Source: an uncultured Gemmatimonadaceae bacterium
Lineage (GTDB): Bacteria > Gemmatimonadota > Gemmatimonadetes > Gemmatimonadales > GWC2-71-9
Reading direction: 5' to 3'
Assembly (NCBI GenBank): GCA_964578865.1
Contig: CAZOES010000007.1
Span: 16,169 to 80,168 of the forward strand
DNA length: 64,000 bases
Numbering within the stretch: position 1 is the stretch's first letter; each line of letters begins with the position of its first letter. Made by a program: the position numbers and the translations under genes. Positions 18,091 to 27,121 of the stretch are shown here, piece by piece. The notes below the pieces were generated by a model that worked only from the letters and a program-made list of their open reading frames with translations, searched no databases and was not told the DNA's origin.

Positions 18091-18837
18091 ATGAAAATTG
18101 CGACCTGGAATGTCAACGGCATCCGCGCCCGTGCGGGCCAGCTCTGCGAGTGGCAGCAGCGGGAGCGGCCGGACGTGGTCTGCCTGCAGGAGCTCAAGGC
18201 CGAGCTGGCTCAGATTCCCGAGTCCTGCATGCTGGCGGACTACCACGCCTTCTGGCACACTCGAAAGGGTTACTCGGGTGTGGCACTGCAATTCCGGAAG
18301 GAAACCTTTCCGGAGGAGCCACGCTTCAGTCATCCGGCCTTCGACTTCGAATCCCGGATCGTGCAGGCTGAGTTGGGCGACTTGGTCATCGCCTCGGTCT
18401 ACGTGCCCAACGGCGGCAAAGACTACCAGGCCAAGGTCGATTTTCTGCGGCGCATCGCCGACTGGACCGGGCACCTCAAAGCCGCCGGGCGGCAACTGGT
18501 GCTCTGCGGCGATATCAACATCGCCCATACCGACATGGACGTGCATCCCAAAGAACGGAAAGCCGAGGTCATCGGCCAGCGGAAGGAAGAGCGGGATCTG
18601 TTCGACGCGATCATGGCCGGCTGGCTGGTCGATGTGGGCCGGGCCGCCGATCCGGAGAACCCCAGCCTCTTCAGCTGGTGGCCCCCGTGGCGTGACATGC
18701 GGGGCCGCAACATCGGCTGGCGCATCGATTATATCCTGGCTTCGCCAGGCATCGCCGGCCGGATGCAGGGGTGTGTGGTGCAGGCGGGCGTGGGTACCAG
18801 CGATCATGCGCCGGTAGTCCTCACCGCCGAGCGATAA
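18091..18837 (+). CDS. xth: Exodeoxyribonuclease III
   Basis: MKIATWNVNGIRAR..., SDHAPV at the C-terminus. Classic EEP/Xth family. Confidence 0.9.
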   Translation: MKIATWNVNGIRARAGQLCEWQQRERPDVVCLQELKAELAQIPESCMLADYHAFWHTRKGYSGVALQFRKETFPEEPRFSHPAFDFESRIVQAELGDLVIASVYVPNGGKDYQAKVDFLRRIADWTGHLKAAGRQLVLCGDINIAHTDMDVHPKERKAEVIGQRKEERDLFDAIMAGWLVDVGRAADPENPSLFSWWPPWRDMRGRNIGWRIDYILASPGIAGRMQGCVVQAGVGTSDHAPVVLTAER

Positions 18838-18898
18838 CTAGACCGGGTGCGCGAGAAACCGGTTGAACGCCAGCTCCACGACGGGCCCGCCCGGGATC

Positions 18899-19591
18899 TC
18901 AGGAGACCCACGCAGGGTGATGCACTCCCGGGGTCTGGCGGCCCGGTTTCGGCTGGGTCCCCACCAGCAGGCGCAACACCTCGGCGTCGCTGGTGGGGCT
19001 GAAGTCGCCGTACCACTGGCCAACACTGCCGAATGGCTCCGGGGTGGCGAGGGTAACGCAGGCATCGGCCAGCCGGGAAATCCTGGCATAGGCTGCGCTC
19101 GACATCACCGGCGCCGCGGCGACCAGCCGGTCGGGGCGGCGTTGGCGAATGGCCCGGAGCGCCGCCAGCATCGAGGATCCGGTGGCGACCCCATCGTCCA
19201 CCAGGATCACCGTGTTGTGACTCAGGTCGGGATAGGGCTGGTGACCCCGGTAGACCGCTTCGCGCCGGGCCAATTCGTGCCGCTCGACCGCCGCCACCCG
19301 CTGAATGGTGTCCAGCGAGATACCCAGCTGATTCACGACCATCTGGTCGATCACAACGGTGCTGCCGCTCGCAACAGCGCCCATCGCGAACTCCTCCTGC
19401 CCCGGCACTCCCAGCTTCCGCACGACGAACACGTCCAGTGGGCAACTGAGGGCCTTGGCTACCTCGCTGGCTACCGGCACGCCGCCGCGGGGAAGACCGA
19501 GCACCAGCAGGCCGGGACGACCTGCCAGCCCTCCCAACCTTTCACCCAGCTGACGACCGGCATCGAATCGATTCTCGAAAAGGGGTGTCAT
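18899..19591 (-). CDS. Phosphoribosyltransferase (type I PRT fold)
   Basis: PRPP-binding loop VILVDDGVATGSSM. Start moved to ATG 19591 (MTPLFENRFDAG) with GGAGG upstream. Confidence 0.8.
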   Translation of the reverse strand: MTPLFENRFDAGRQLGERLGGLAGRPGLLVLGLPRGGVPVASEVAKALSCPLDVFVVRKLGVPGQEEFAMGAVASGSTVVIDQMVVNQLGISLDTIQRVAAVERHELARREAVYRGHQPYPDLSHNTVILVDDGVATGSSMLAALRAIRQRRPDRLVAAAPVMSSAAYARISRLADACVTLATPEPFGSVGQWYGDFSPTSDAEVLRLLVGTQPKPGRQTPGVHHPAWVS

Positions 19592-19857
19592 GCCGACCTC
19601 CGGTTGGCTGCTTCCACGCCGGCGACATCTGCGGGTGACTGGGAGACCCAGGCGGGATTCGCCGTACTCCATACCTAGTGCAACCGTCGTGAAGCGGATG
19701 TGAATCGGATGGGAGAGTTCCTCCGGTCTGAACCTTGCCCAGTGGTACCGGTCTCGGCGGCCGCTCTGTCCCAACTCTTGCTCACTTCCGGTTCACCCAG
19801 ACTTCACAACCGCTTCCCCAGATTGACAATAGACCTTGCTCCATTCGGAGGTGGCTC

Positions 19858-20262
19858 ATGGTACCCACAGTCGATCTCATCCCCGAGGCGAACCCAGTCG
19901 AGCCGGGTATCTCCGCGCTGGCTCAGAGCGGCGCCGCGCTTCTCGCCGAGCTGGTTCGGCGCAGCGAGGTTAGTCCCCTGGGCGTCTGGGATCGCTGGTG
20001 CATCGCCGACGCGATCGCCTGCGAGTTCCAGCCAACCGTCGATGCCCTCAAGCACTGCTGTGAACCGTTGGACCCCGGGATGCGTACTTCCCTCCCGGCC
20101 TTCCTGAAGCAGCTCAACGATTGCCGGGTCGACCTGGCGGTTCTGGCGCTGGATCCGGCGGGAACCGCCGGGTTCAGGGCCAAGCTCAAGCTGCTCCGGC
20201 AACGCTGGCTGAACGGCACCGCCACGCTGGGTTTGCTGGCAGGTCCAGGCGGCGTACGATAA
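19858..20262 (+). CDS. Hypothetical protein
   Basis: ATG 19858 is preceded by GGAGG (19848-19852). Codon composition is coherent and no family is recognised. Confidence 0.4.
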   Translation: MVPTVDLIPEANPVEPGISALAQSGAALLAELVRRSEVSPLGVWDRWCIADAIACEFQPTVDALKHCCEPLDPGMRTSLPAFLKQLNDCRVDLAVLALDPAGTAGFRAKLKLLRQRWLNGTATLGLLAGPGGVR

Positions 20263-20290
20263 GCCGGTGCCCTACCGGTGAGCCGGATTA

Positions 20291-21124
20291 ATGGCGTTCC
20301 GTTTCGAAGCGCGCGGCTCGTTGCGCCGCCAGCCGAGCCGACTGGCGCGTAAGGAGTTGAATCGGGCGCTCCGGGCCCTGGCGACCTCTCGCCCGGATTC
20401 CGACGCAATCCACCAGGCTCGCAAGTCTGTGAAGATGGTTCGGGCCTTACTCCGGCTCATCGGGTATCATGGCAAGACCAAGCCCGCCCACATAGAACAG
20501 CTCCGGCTGGCCGCCCATAGACTCGCGGGCTTGCGAGACGCGGACGCGATCTTCGCCACACTGGAGTTGCTCCAGAGCGAATCTCCCGGTGTGCTCACCG
20601 CAACCACGCTGCGGTTCCCGAGGATGGCGTTGGAAGCTCGGCGGCAGGGTGCCCGCGCGCGGGCCGGTCGCGCCATTACCGGGGCGCGAACTGCGCTTGC
20701 ATCGCTGGCAGAGCAGCTCCCCGACCGAGTGGAAGGACCCCGGCGGGTCCGCGAACTCCACGCCGGCGTGGCCGAGGGATACCGGCGGGCTTGGAAGGCG
20801 ATGAAGGGTCTGAGTCCGGATTCGTCAGTGACCCGGTTCCATCGCTGGCGCCGGCGAGTGAAGGAACACTGGTATCACATCAGGCTTATCCAGGACCTTG
20901 ATGCCGATGCGAAAGTGCGGGCGGGGAAGCTTAAGAAACTGGAGACGCTGCTGGGTGAGGCCCACAACCTTGCTTTGCTTCGCGCCGTGATTCTCGCCGG
21001 CCCCGAGCGCTTCGGCGACGGCCGCACCAGGGCTCTGCTGCTGGGCTGCATCGATCAGAGCCAGTTCGCCCGGCGAACCCAGGCGCTAGCGACCGGACAC
21101 CGCCTCTTCACGTCGCCGGAGTAG
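20291..21124 (+). CDS. CHAD domain protein
   Basis: All-helical with repeated conserved His/Arg blocks (IHQARKSVKMVRALLRL; HRWRRRVKEHWYHIRLI) typical of CHAD. Confidence 0.65.
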   Translation: MAFRFEARGSLRRQPSRLARKELNRALRALATSRPDSDAIHQARKSVKMVRALLRLIGYHGKTKPAHIEQLRLAAHRLAGLRDADAIFATLELLQSESPGVLTATTLRFPRMALEARRQGARARAGRAITGARTALASLAEQLPDRVEGPRRVRELHAGVAEGYRRAWKAMKGLSPDSSVTRFHRWRRRVKEHWYHIRLIQDLDADAKVRAGKLKKLETLLGEAHNLALLRAVILAGPERFGDGRTRALLLGCIDQSQFARRTQALATGHRLFTSPE

Positions 21125-21138
21125 GACCCGCCGCTTCC

Positions 21139-23193
21139 TTACCATACCCGCACCCTCTCCGCTTTGGGCAAATACAGCCGGTCGCCCGGCCGGACATCGA
21201 ACGCCGAGTACCAGGCGTCGAGATTGCGCACCGTGGCAATCCGATAACGCTCGGGCGGATGGTTGTCAGTGGTCAGCACTTTGGCCATCGCTCCATCACG
21301 GATCTTTCCCCGCCAGCTCCGCGCGAATCCGATGAAAAACTCCCGGTCCTGCTGGCGGACGTAGGCCCCATCGCTGCTCCTCGGGCCCAGTGCCTTCCGG
21401 TATGCCTCAAATGCCGTCGCCAGTCCGGCCAGATCGGCCACGCTCTCGGTCAGGGTGAATTCGCCATTGACGGCCAGGCCCGGCTCAGGCTGATAGCCGC
21501 CCAGCTGGGCCACCAGCGGCGCGGCTGACCGCTCGAAGCCCACGCTGTCTTCCGCAGTCCACCAGTGTCGCATCCGATAGTCGCTGTCCCAATCGGCACC
21601 CAGCCGGTCGACGAAGTGGCTGATCTCGTGACCCACGATGGCGCCGATGGCTCCGTAGTTCGCCGCGTCCGAGGCGGCAGGATCGAACTTGGGTGCTTGC
21701 AACAGCCCCGCCGGAAAGTTGTAGGAGTTCTGCTGGAAGTTGAGAACCGCCGCCACCCGCTGCGGCGCGATCCACCAATCGGTTGGATCGACCGGCTGAT
21801 GGAGCCGGGCCAGATTCCGGCGATACTCCATCTCGGCAACTCTCTGTTGGTTGCCGACCGGATCGGTGGGGTCGATCTGGAGCTGGGAGTAGTCGGCTGA
21901 GCGCGGCGGTTGCACCACGCCAAAGTAGATGTTGGCGATTTTCTTATGGGCTTGGGCCTTGCTGGCGGGAGACATCCAGGTCACTTCGTTCAGTCGCTGG
22001 TGAAACGCGGCAAGTACGTTGGCCACCATTGTTTCGAGCCGAGTCCGTTGGGAGGCCGCAAAGTACCGATCGACATACATCCGCCCAATCGCATCGGACA
22101 TGGCCAGCTGAGTTGCGTCGGCCGCCTGCTGATCCCTCGGCCGCCGGTCCGGATCCGCCCCGGCTGCATTGCCATGCATCGTCCTTGCCGCCTCAGCAAA
22201 GGTGCTGGGCAGAACACCGGAATGACGGTCGAGCAGGTGGAAGCGCAAGTAATCTTTCCACACGTCCAGCGACACCGCTGACACCTGAGTGGCCAGCCCT
22301 TTCAACGCAGCCGGCTGCCACACACCGATGCGGTCGACCTGACCCAGCCCGGCCGCGCTCAAGAATGCGGTCCAATCCATTCCCGGCGCCGACCGGTCGA
22401 ACTCATCCCGATTCCAGACATTGTCCGAGTTGCGGTCGTTGGCCGAGGCTTCCCGGCTCGCCTGGCTCGCAGCCAGGGCAGTCTCCAGCCGCATGACGGC
22501 AGCAGCCCGCCGATCGGCATCGGCTAATCCAGCCTGCCGCAGCATGTGGCCGATGTAGTGCTGATACTCCCCCCGCAGCGCCACCATGCGAGGCTCAGTA
22601 CTGGTGTAATTCTCCCGATCCGGCAAACCGAGTCCGCCCTGCAGCAGGAATGCGACGTAGGTCTTCTCCCCATGGATGCTCGGCTCTACCGACAGCCCCA
22701 AAAGCCAGGACGATCGATAGATCCCCCAGTTGAGAGGATCGACATCGGCGCCGACGTTTTTCCCCAGTCGGGCGGCAAGCTGGGTCTTGTTGCTCAATCG
22801 ATCAATGCTGTCCAGCAACGGTCGCAGAGGCTTGAGCCCATTCTTCTCGATGGCGGCCTGGTTGGCGTAGGCAGCGCGGTAATCCGCGACTTTGCGCCCC
22901 AGTGATCCAGCCGGACTCTGGTCTGCATCCTCCAGCACCCGAGCGAGCTGGCCCTGGGTGATCTGATTGATCTCCAGCCGCGCACTCCACCGCTCGAGCC
23001 CGGTGGGGATCTCGGTGGATTTCAGCCAGCCGCCGTTGGCCCAGCCGAAGAAGTCGTCTCCCGGCCGGATGGTTGAATCCACGCCGGATTCCAGGTCCGA
23101 AAACGACCGGTTTGGCGACGCCTGAGCGATTAGCGTGGAGCAGGGGGAAGCGAAGAGCAGGGCGGCGAGCAGAATCGATGAGGTTTTTGGCAT
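21139..23193 (-). CDS. M13 family metallopeptidase (PepO / endothelin-converting-enzyme-like), secreted
   Basis: HExxH motif in GAIVGHEISHFVD. ESVADLAG matches the ENxADxGG-like block. Signal peptide MPKTSSILLAALLFASPCSTLIAQA. Confidence 0.9.
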   Translation of the reverse strand: MPKTSSILLAALLFASPCSTLIAQASPNRSFSDLESGVDSTIRPGDDFFGWANGGWLKSTEIPTGLERWSARLEINQITQGQLARVLEDADQSPAGSLGRKVADYRAAYANQAAIEKNGLKPLRPLLDSIDRLSNKTQLAARLGKNVGADVDPLNWGIYRSSWLLGLSVEPSIHGEKTYVAFLLQGGLGLPDRENYTSTEPRMVALRGEYQHYIGHMLRQAGLADADRRAAAVMRLETALAASQASREASANDRNSDNVWNRDEFDRSAPGMDWTAFLSAAGLGQVDRIGVWQPAALKGLATQVSAVSLDVWKDYLRFHLLDRHSGVLPSTFAEAARTMHGNAAGADPDRRPRDQQAADATQLAMSDAIGRMYVDRYFAASQRTRLETMVANVLAAFHQRLNEVTWMSPASKAQAHKKIANIYFGVVQPPRSADYSQLQIDPTDPVGNQQRVAEMEYRRNLARLHQPVDPTDWWIAPQRVAAVLNFQQNSYNFPAGLLQAPKFDPAASDAANYGAIGAIVGHEISHFVDRLGADWDSDYRMRHWWTAEDSVGFERSAAPLVAQLGGYQPEPGLAVNGEFTLTESVADLAGLATAFEAYRKALGPRSSDGAYVRQQDREFFIGFARSWRGKIRDGAMAKVLTTDNHPPERYRIATVRNLDAWYSAFDVRPGDRLYLPKAERVRVW

Positions 23194-23262
23194 GCTGCCA
23201 AGCTATGCCGCGTCTAAGTCGCAGGCGTTCTCTCACTCGACAACTTTCGATCAGTTTCGGAC

Positions 23263-24273
23263 ATGAATCTGAATCATCTCATCGATGTTCTGTTCGTCAT
23301 CAGCCCCCATTCCCTGCTGCTCGACATCGCCGGGCCGGCCGAGGCGTTCAGACTGGCCAATCAGCAGCGTAGCCGTGGCGGGTTACCACCCCGATTTCAG
23401 CTCCGCTTTGCGGGACCCAGCGCCACCCTGCCGACCTCGGTGGGGCTCGGCCTGATCCATTTGGAGGAACTGCCCGCGCGGTTCGACGCGCCAACCTGGG
23501 TGGTGGTCGTGGGTCAACCGAGCGAGCACCTCAACCAGGTCACTCCGGAGATCCGCTGCTGCACGAACTGGCTCAGCCGAATGCTGCAGGAGGGACTGCG
23601 GACCGGCGAAACGCCCCATCGACTGCTGACGATCTGCTCGGGAGCACTTCTGGCGGCGCGGGCCGGAGTGATCGGCCGAAGGCGCTGCACCACCCACCAC
23701 GAGGTGCTGGAGACCCTGCGCGGCCTGGCGCCGCAGGCGGAGGTGATGGCCAACCGGGTTTTCGTAGTGGATGGGCCGTTCGCTTCCAGCGCCGGTATCA
23801 CGGCCGGGATCGACCTGGCACTGCATCTGATCGCGGAGGAGTGTGGTGAGCGTCTCGCCGCCAGCGTGGCCCAGGACATGGTGGTCTATCTGCGCCGCTC
23901 GGCGGGGGATCCCGAGTTCTCGCCGTTTCTTACTCACCGTCGTCACCTGCATCCGGCGGTCCACCGGGTCCAGGATGCCATCCTGAAGCAGCCCGAGCGC
24001 GAGTGGGATATGGCGGCGCTGGCCGCAGTGGGTCACACCACCGAGCGACACCTTCTGCGCTTGTTTCTGGATCAGGCGGGAGTGTCGCCGCTCAACTACC
24101 TGAGATCGATCCGGCTGGAGCGGGCCAGACGATTCCTCGAGTGTGGCTCGAGCGTAAGCCGGGCGGCGGAGGTGGCGGGGTTCACCTCAGGGATGCAGCT
24201 CCGCCGGGCCTGGAGCCGCCAGTGGGGCGGCACGCCGCGGGATCTGCTGGCGGCGCGCCGGACGATCGCCTGA
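23263..24273 (+). CDS. GlxA-type transcriptional regulator (DJ-1/PfpI domain + AraC HTH)
   Basis: The N-terminal DJ-1-like domain has ICSGALLAARAG. The C-terminal AraC HTH contains LNYLRSIRLERARRFL. Confidence 0.85.
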   Translation: MNLNHLIDVLFVISPHSLLLDIAGPAEAFRLANQQRSRGGLPPRFQLRFAGPSATLPTSVGLGLIHLEELPARFDAPTWVVVVGQPSEHLNQVTPEIRCCTNWLSRMLQEGLRTGETPHRLLTICSGALLAARAGVIGRRRCTTHHEVLETLRGLAPQAEVMANRVFVVDGPFASSAGITAGIDLALHLIAEECGERLAASVAQDMVVYLRRSAGDPEFSPFLTHRRHLHPAVHRVQDAILKQPEREWDMAALAAVGHTTERHLLRLFLDQAGVSPLNYLRSIRLERARRFLECGSSVSRAAEVAGFTSGMQLRRAWSRQWGGTPRDLLAARRTIA

Positions 24274-24276
24274 CTT

Positions 24277-24825
24277 CTATCGATGGGCTTTCGCGGCCGC
24301 GTCCAGAGCCAGGAACAAGCTCCCCTGATCCCAGGGCGCGTCGTGTCGGACTCCATTGATGAAGAACGTCGGGGTGCCGTTGACCCCGCTCCGCACTCCG
24401 CTCATGAAATCCTCCCTCACTCGCGGCTTGTGCAGATCGGTCTTCAGCTCGCCTAACACCAGGTCTGCAGGGGCCCCCGCCTGGGCCGCCAGCCGCCCCA
24501 GCGCGGCGTCACTCAAATCCCGCTGATGCTCGAAGATCAAATCATGCATCGCCCAGTAGGCGTCCGGGCCTGCATGGATCCCCACCGATTCGGCGGCCTC
24601 GGCAGCGTGCAGCGCGTGGGGATGCACCTCGTTCAACGGGAAGTTCCGGAACACAAAGCGCATCCGTTTGCCCATCTGGTCCTGCAGCCGCTTCACGATC
24701 GGGTAGGCCGCCCCGCAGTGGGGGCATTCGTAATCGCCATACTCGACCAGGGTCACCGGTGCATTGGGATTCCCCTGGATATGGTCCCGTTCGCCGACTG
24801 GAAGGGTGAGTTTGCCGTCGCTCAT
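24277..24825 (-). CDS. DsbA-family thioredoxin-fold oxidoreductase
   Basis: CPHC active site in VEYGDYECPHCG. Confidence 0.8.
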   Translation of the reverse strand: MSDGKLTLPVGERDHIQGNPNAPVTLVEYGDYECPHCGAAYPIVKRLQDQMGKRMRFVFRNFPLNEVHPHALHAAEAAESVGIHAGPDAYWAMHDLIFEHQRDLSDAALGRLAAQAGAPADLVLGELKTDLHKPRVREDFMSGVRSGVNGTPTFFINGVRHDAPWDQGSLFLALDAAAKAHR

Positions 24826-24845
24826 TGGAGTACCCGGGTGGATGG

Positions 24846-25316
24846 TTATCGGGGCAGTTTTTCCAGAGCCTCGAGGATGCCATCGGCCCCGGGATTCACC
24901 CCGACCGGAGAGACGTAGCTCCAGCGGATGATTCCTTCGCCGTCGATGACAAAGAGGGCTCGCTCGCTGGTCCCATCGGCGGTTCGATAAACGCCGTAAC
25001 GGCGGGCTACGTCACCCTTGGGCTCAAAGTCGCTGAGCAGGGTCATGTGCAGATGACGGGCTTCCTTGAATGCCGAGTGGCACCAGGCCCCGTCGACCGA
25101 GATCCCCAGCAGCTCGGCGTGGAAGTGATGGAAGTCGGGGAGCAGCTCGTTGTAGAGCGCCATCTGGTCGCCGCACACCGGGCTGAAGTCGGCGGGATAG
25201 AACACCAGGATCACCGGCTGGCCCCGAAACTCATCCAGCGACACCAACTGGTCCGGCGTGGCGTGGAGCGAGAAGTCCGGGGCCGGGGTTCCGGCAGCAA
25301 GGGCGCGGCTCGTCAT
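24846..25316 (-). CDS. Peroxiredoxin (AhpC/TSA family)
   Basis: PDFSLHATPD... VILVFYPADFSPVCGDQ peroxidatic Cys motif. Confidence 0.85.
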   Translation of the reverse strand: MTSRALAAGTPAPDFSLHATPDQLVSLDEFRGQPVILVFYPADFSPVCGDQMALYNELLPDFHHFHAELLGISVDGAWCHSAFKEARHLHMTLLSDFEPKGDVARRYGVYRTADGTSERALFVIDGEGIIRWSYVSPVGVNPGADGILEALEKLPR

Positions 25317-25466
25317 AGGGTCCAGTGGGAGTAGGCGGCGGTTCCAGTGCGCCTGATGATTTTACCCCATAGCCGGCTGTTGGCAAATGAGCCGAAAGGA
25401 TCATTGCTCTTGAGCCGCAGGCATCACCCAAGGGTGGGTCCCACTCCCCCACTGGGTGATAGTGGA

Positions 25467-25495
25467 TTGACTTCGATTTGGCCGATCCCTATCTA
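25467..25495 (+). promoter_or_regulatory. Candidate sigma70-type promoter (TTGACT-N17-TATCTA)
   Basis: Read directly. The -35-like TTGACT is at 25467-25472, the spacer is 17 nt, and the -10-like TATCTA is at 25490-25495. It lies 38 nt upstream of ATG 25533. No experimental support. Confidence 0.25.
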
Positions 25496-25532
25496 GCAGC
25501 GTCCTTGTCGCGCCTTTGCATCCGAGGTGCCC

Positions 25533-27056
25533 ATGTCGTCAGGATCACTCTGGCTGGACGCCGAGCGACCGCACTTCGATCCGGTCAAAGTCTCGGATAG
25601 CTTTGATGTCGTGATAATCGGGGGTGGGATCACCGGTCTCTCGGCGGCTTGGTTTCTCAAGCAGACCGGGAGATCGGTGTGCGTGATAGAACGTCGGCGT
25701 CTGGGTGAGGGAGAGACCGGACACACCTCGGCCCACCTTTCTTATGTCACCGATGCCCGGCTCGGATCCTTGGCCCGGCGATTCGGGACCGATGCCGCCG
25801 CTATGGCGTGGGAGGCCGGTCTTACCGCCATCGACGCCATAGAAACGATCGTGACCGAGAACGGTATCGACTGCGGTTTTTCCCGGGTCGATGGCTATCT
25901 CTGTCCTTCGATCTACGGTGAAGACGATGAAGCGTCTGCCTTAGAGGCCGAAGCTGCCCTGGCCGGGAGACAGGGGTTTCTGGCCCACTTTCTCCCGGTT
26001 GGGCCGATCGAAGGTCTTCCGGCGGCAAAGTTCGGGGACCAGGGGCTGATTCACCCCCTGCGGTATCTCAGCGGATTGGCCCGGCTGGTTCATGGCGGTG
26101 GCTGCGCAGTGTTCGAGCACTCCGAAGTGACCTCGGTCGATGACGACCTGCATGTCCGGGTCAACGGAGAAACGCTCAGCTGTGCCGCTGTCGTGGTTGC
26201 GACCCACGTACCGATCACCGGTCACGCCCGGCTTCTCCGGGCCTCCCTCTTTCAGACCAAGATCTATCCCTATTCGACCTACGTGGTGGGAGCAAAGATC
26301 GGAAACACCGACCTTCCCGACGGCCTCTACTGCGATACCTCGAAGCCTTACTACTACCTGCGAGTCTCCCAGGAAAGTGACGGGAAGTACGCCGTGTTCG
26401 GCGGCGCCGATCATAAGACCGGTCAGGCGGATGACACCGAGTCCCGCTACTCCGATGTCGAGGCTTCACTCTACCAGTGGATTCCCGACGCCATCGTCGA
26501 TCGACGCTGGTCAGGTCAAGTGATCGAGACCAGCGACGGCCTGCCTTACATCGGAGAAACCGCCCCCCGTCAATTCTCGGCCACCGGCTTCGCCGGTAAC
26601 GGTCTCACCTTTGGTACCGTTGCCGGGATCATGGCTCGGGACTACCTGACCGGCCAGAGCAATCCGTGGGAGAAACTCTTCTCGCCGCACCGCCGGCCGC
26701 CGGTGAATGGTGTCTGGGATTATGTGGTGGAGAATCTCGACTATCCATATCAGCTGGTGGCTGGGTGGCTCAAGTCCGGCAAGGAGGATGCTTCAATGCG
26801 GGCTTTGCGTCCGGGCGAGGGCCGCATCATGATCCGCGGGGGGAAACGCTATGCCTGCCACCGCAGCGAGGCTGGTGAGATCTCCATTGTCTCCGCGGTC
26901 TGCACCCATCTCGGCTGCATTGTCCGGTTCAACCGGGCCGAACAGACGTGGGATTGCCCCTGCCATGGGTCGAGGTTCAGCCCCAGCGGAGAGGTACTCG
27001 GGGGGCCGGCGGAGAAGCCACTGGAGACCCTGCGCCAACCGGCAGCCCGTTCATGA
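25533..27056 (+). CDS. FAD-dependent oxidoreductase fused to C-terminal Rieske [2Fe-2S] domain
   Basis: Dinucleotide fold FDVVIIGGGITGLSAA. Rieske motifs CTHLGC ... CPCHGS. The start is ATG 25533, or GTG 25527. Confidence 0.8.
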   Translation: MSSGSLWLDAERPHFDPVKVSDSFDVVIIGGGITGLSAAWFLKQTGRSVCVIERRRLGEGETGHTSAHLSYVTDARLGSLARRFGTDAAAMAWEAGLTAIDAIETIVTENGIDCGFSRVDGYLCPSIYGEDDEASALEAEAALAGRQGFLAHFLPVGPIEGLPAAKFGDQGLIHPLRYLSGLARLVHGGGCAVFEHSEVTSVDDDLHVRVNGETLSCAAVVVATHVPITGHARLLRASLFQTKIYPYSTYVVGAKIGNTDLPDGLYCDTSKPYYYLRVSQESDGKYAVFGGADHKTGQADDTESRYSDVEASLYQWIPDAIVDRRWSGQVIETSDGLPYIGETAPRQFSATGFAGNGLTFGTVAGIMARDYLTGQSNPWEKLFSPHRRPPVNGVWDYVVENLDYPYQLVAGWLKSGKEDASMRALRPGEGRIMIRGGKRYACHRSEAGEISIVSAVCTHLGCIVRFNRAEQTWDCPCHGSRFSPSGEVLGGPAEKPLETLRQPAARS

Positions 27057-27121
27057 CTCCCGGCTGATCTCGACAGACGCGATATATTCCCGGCTCCAAT
27101 ATCTGAGCCGAGATACGCAAC

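Noticed and set aside
23240-23255. AACTTTCGATCAGTT upstream of the GlxA-type regulator resembles the TACTTTGATATCAAT motif.
   Set aside because: It needs an indel and several substitutions and lacks the palindromic core. It is too weak to count as a fourth copy.
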